Below are positions 62,917 through 64,000 of a stretch of DNA of 64,000 bases, piece after piece (positions within the stretch are counted from its first letter, which is position 1; every line of letters begins with the position of its first letter). The translations under genes were made by a program, and so were the position numbers. The notes beneath the pieces were generated by a model, which made no database searches, was not told the origin of the DNA, and saw only the letters and a program-made list of their open reading frames with translations. This stretch comes from Deferribacterales bacterium (lineage in GTDB: Bacteria; Chrysiogenota; Deferribacteres; Deferribacterales; Geovibrionaceae): contig JBFWMA010000001.1 in NCBI GenBank assembly GCA_050251875.1, positions 454,263 to 518,262 on the forward strand, given 5' to 3'.

Positions 62917-63654
62917 ATGAAATATGTTCTGTCGCTTATGATGACGTTTCTGCTGACAGCATCGGTTTATGCCGGGCAGTCAGTCACTTACTCTGTTGAT
63001 AATATGGAATATGAGGGATATTACGCCCCTGTGTCTGCCCGTGCGCCTCTGGTGTTCATCGTGCACGACTGGGACGGTCTGAACGGATATGAGATAAAGA
63101 GGGCGGAGATGCTGAACAAGCTGGGCTATTCAGTGTTTGCCGTGGATATGTACGGCAAGGGCGTGCGCCCGAGCGAGACAGCCGAGAAAAAACGGCTGAC
63201 GGGAGAGCTTTACGCCGACAGGGAAAAGATGAGAAAACTGCTGTTCGCCGGATATGATAAGGCGAAGGCGCTGGGAGCGAATGTGGATAACTCCGTGATG
63301 ATCGGATACTGTTTCGGTGGGGCTGTTGCGCTGGAGTTTGCCAGAGCCGGAGCGCCTCTGAAGGCGTTTATTCCGTTCCACGGCGGACTCGCCACCCCCG
63401 CCGGGCAGGATTACAGCAGGACAAAGGGCGAGGTGGTGGTTTTTCACGGCACGGCTGACGCCTCTGTCAGCATGGGCGAATTCGCGGCGCTGGCGGAAAC
63501 TCTGGAAAAAGCCGGAGTGAAGCACGAGATGCACACTTACAGCGGAGCCCCCCACGCCTTCACAGTGTTTGGCGCGCCCAGCTACCGCAGGGACGCTGAC
63601 GAAAAATCATGGCAGAGATTTACGGAATATCTGAAGGAAATTTTCAGCAGATAA
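62917..63654 (+). CDS. Dienelactone hydrolase family protein with a signal peptide
   Basis: HDWDG; GYCFGG nucleophile; HGTAD; PHAF. Confidence 0.92.
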   Translation: MKYVLSLMMTFLLTASVYAGQSVTYSVDNMEYEGYYAPVSARAPLVFIVHDWDGLNGYEIKRAEMLNKLGYSVFAVDMYGKGVRPSETAEKKRLTGELYADREKMRKLLFAGYDKAKALGANVDNSVMIGYCFGGAVALEFARAGAPLKAFIPFHGGLATPAGQDYSRTKGEVVVFHGTADASVSMGEFAALAETLEKAGVKHEMHTYSGAPHAFTVFGAPSYRRDADEKSWQRFTEYLKEIFSR

Positions 63655-63655
63655 C

Positions 63656-63682
63656 AAAAAAGGCAGTCCTAAAGACTGCCTT
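63656..63682. terminator. Bidirectional terminator hairpin
   Basis: AAGGCAGTC-ctaaa-GACTGCCTT with an A run on the left and a T-rich right side. Confidence 0.7.
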
Positions 63683-64000
63683 ATTTATTTGAATGCGACT
63701 ATATAAAATTAAAAATTTCTACCATATAGCCGCTATTTTTGCTATTATATCCTATTGGTAACATATTTAATGTATTGTTTATATGTTGTTTCATGTGCAT
63801 TCAAAAAAACATGATTTATTTTAAACATTAATTAATAGGAGCATAAAAGTGGCAAATCAGAATTGTATATTATTAACTCAAGTTTCGCACCTTTGAAACA
63901 TCAGATTCTGTATTGAAAGCCTTACCATTTCCTGTATTCCAGCCAATTTATTCATAAAAACTGTAAATGTTTCCTTTGCTCCATCAATTATTGATAATAA

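Overview
A 64 kb gene-dense bacterial chromosome segment, mostly + strand housekeeping genes. Gene content (flagella, lipid A with LpxI, ThyX, ClpC, a TrmD-SPOUT fusion) suggests a Gram-negative organism, probably Deferribacterota; this is inference, no search was run. Order: fliE-F-G-H-I-J and motE-like, running into trmR-like, trhP-like, ligA and a PDRP gene; rho; an orphan antisense pilin; rpmE-thyX-DUF1385-prfA-prmC-murA-hisG-bamA-skp-lpxD-fabZ-lpxA-(gnnA-like)-lpxI-cheX-pilD; tyrS, DUF1015, fadL, a Tat M15 peptidase, a YihY-cNMP fusion; ffh-rpsP-khpA-rimM-trmD-rplS, rplM-rpsI; mnmA-larE-like-tauE; HAD, isochorismatase, NtrC-like, rnr, Cache-GGDEF-EAL, lolA, pyc, ahpC, PilZ, a PanE-Nudix fusion, clpC, ACT-def, a PAS kinase, a WYL regulator and a dienelactone hydrolase. 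I saw no rRNA, tRNA, CRISPR array or transposase. The best lead is a compact divergent module at 61745-62843: a probably leaderless WYL regulator faces a 40-aa membrane microprotein across a DriD-like operator placed in PafBC-type activating geometry. Other leads are three families of intergenic palindromic repeats (one with compensatory base changes between copies), a coupled sulfur-transfer operon, and several domain fusions.
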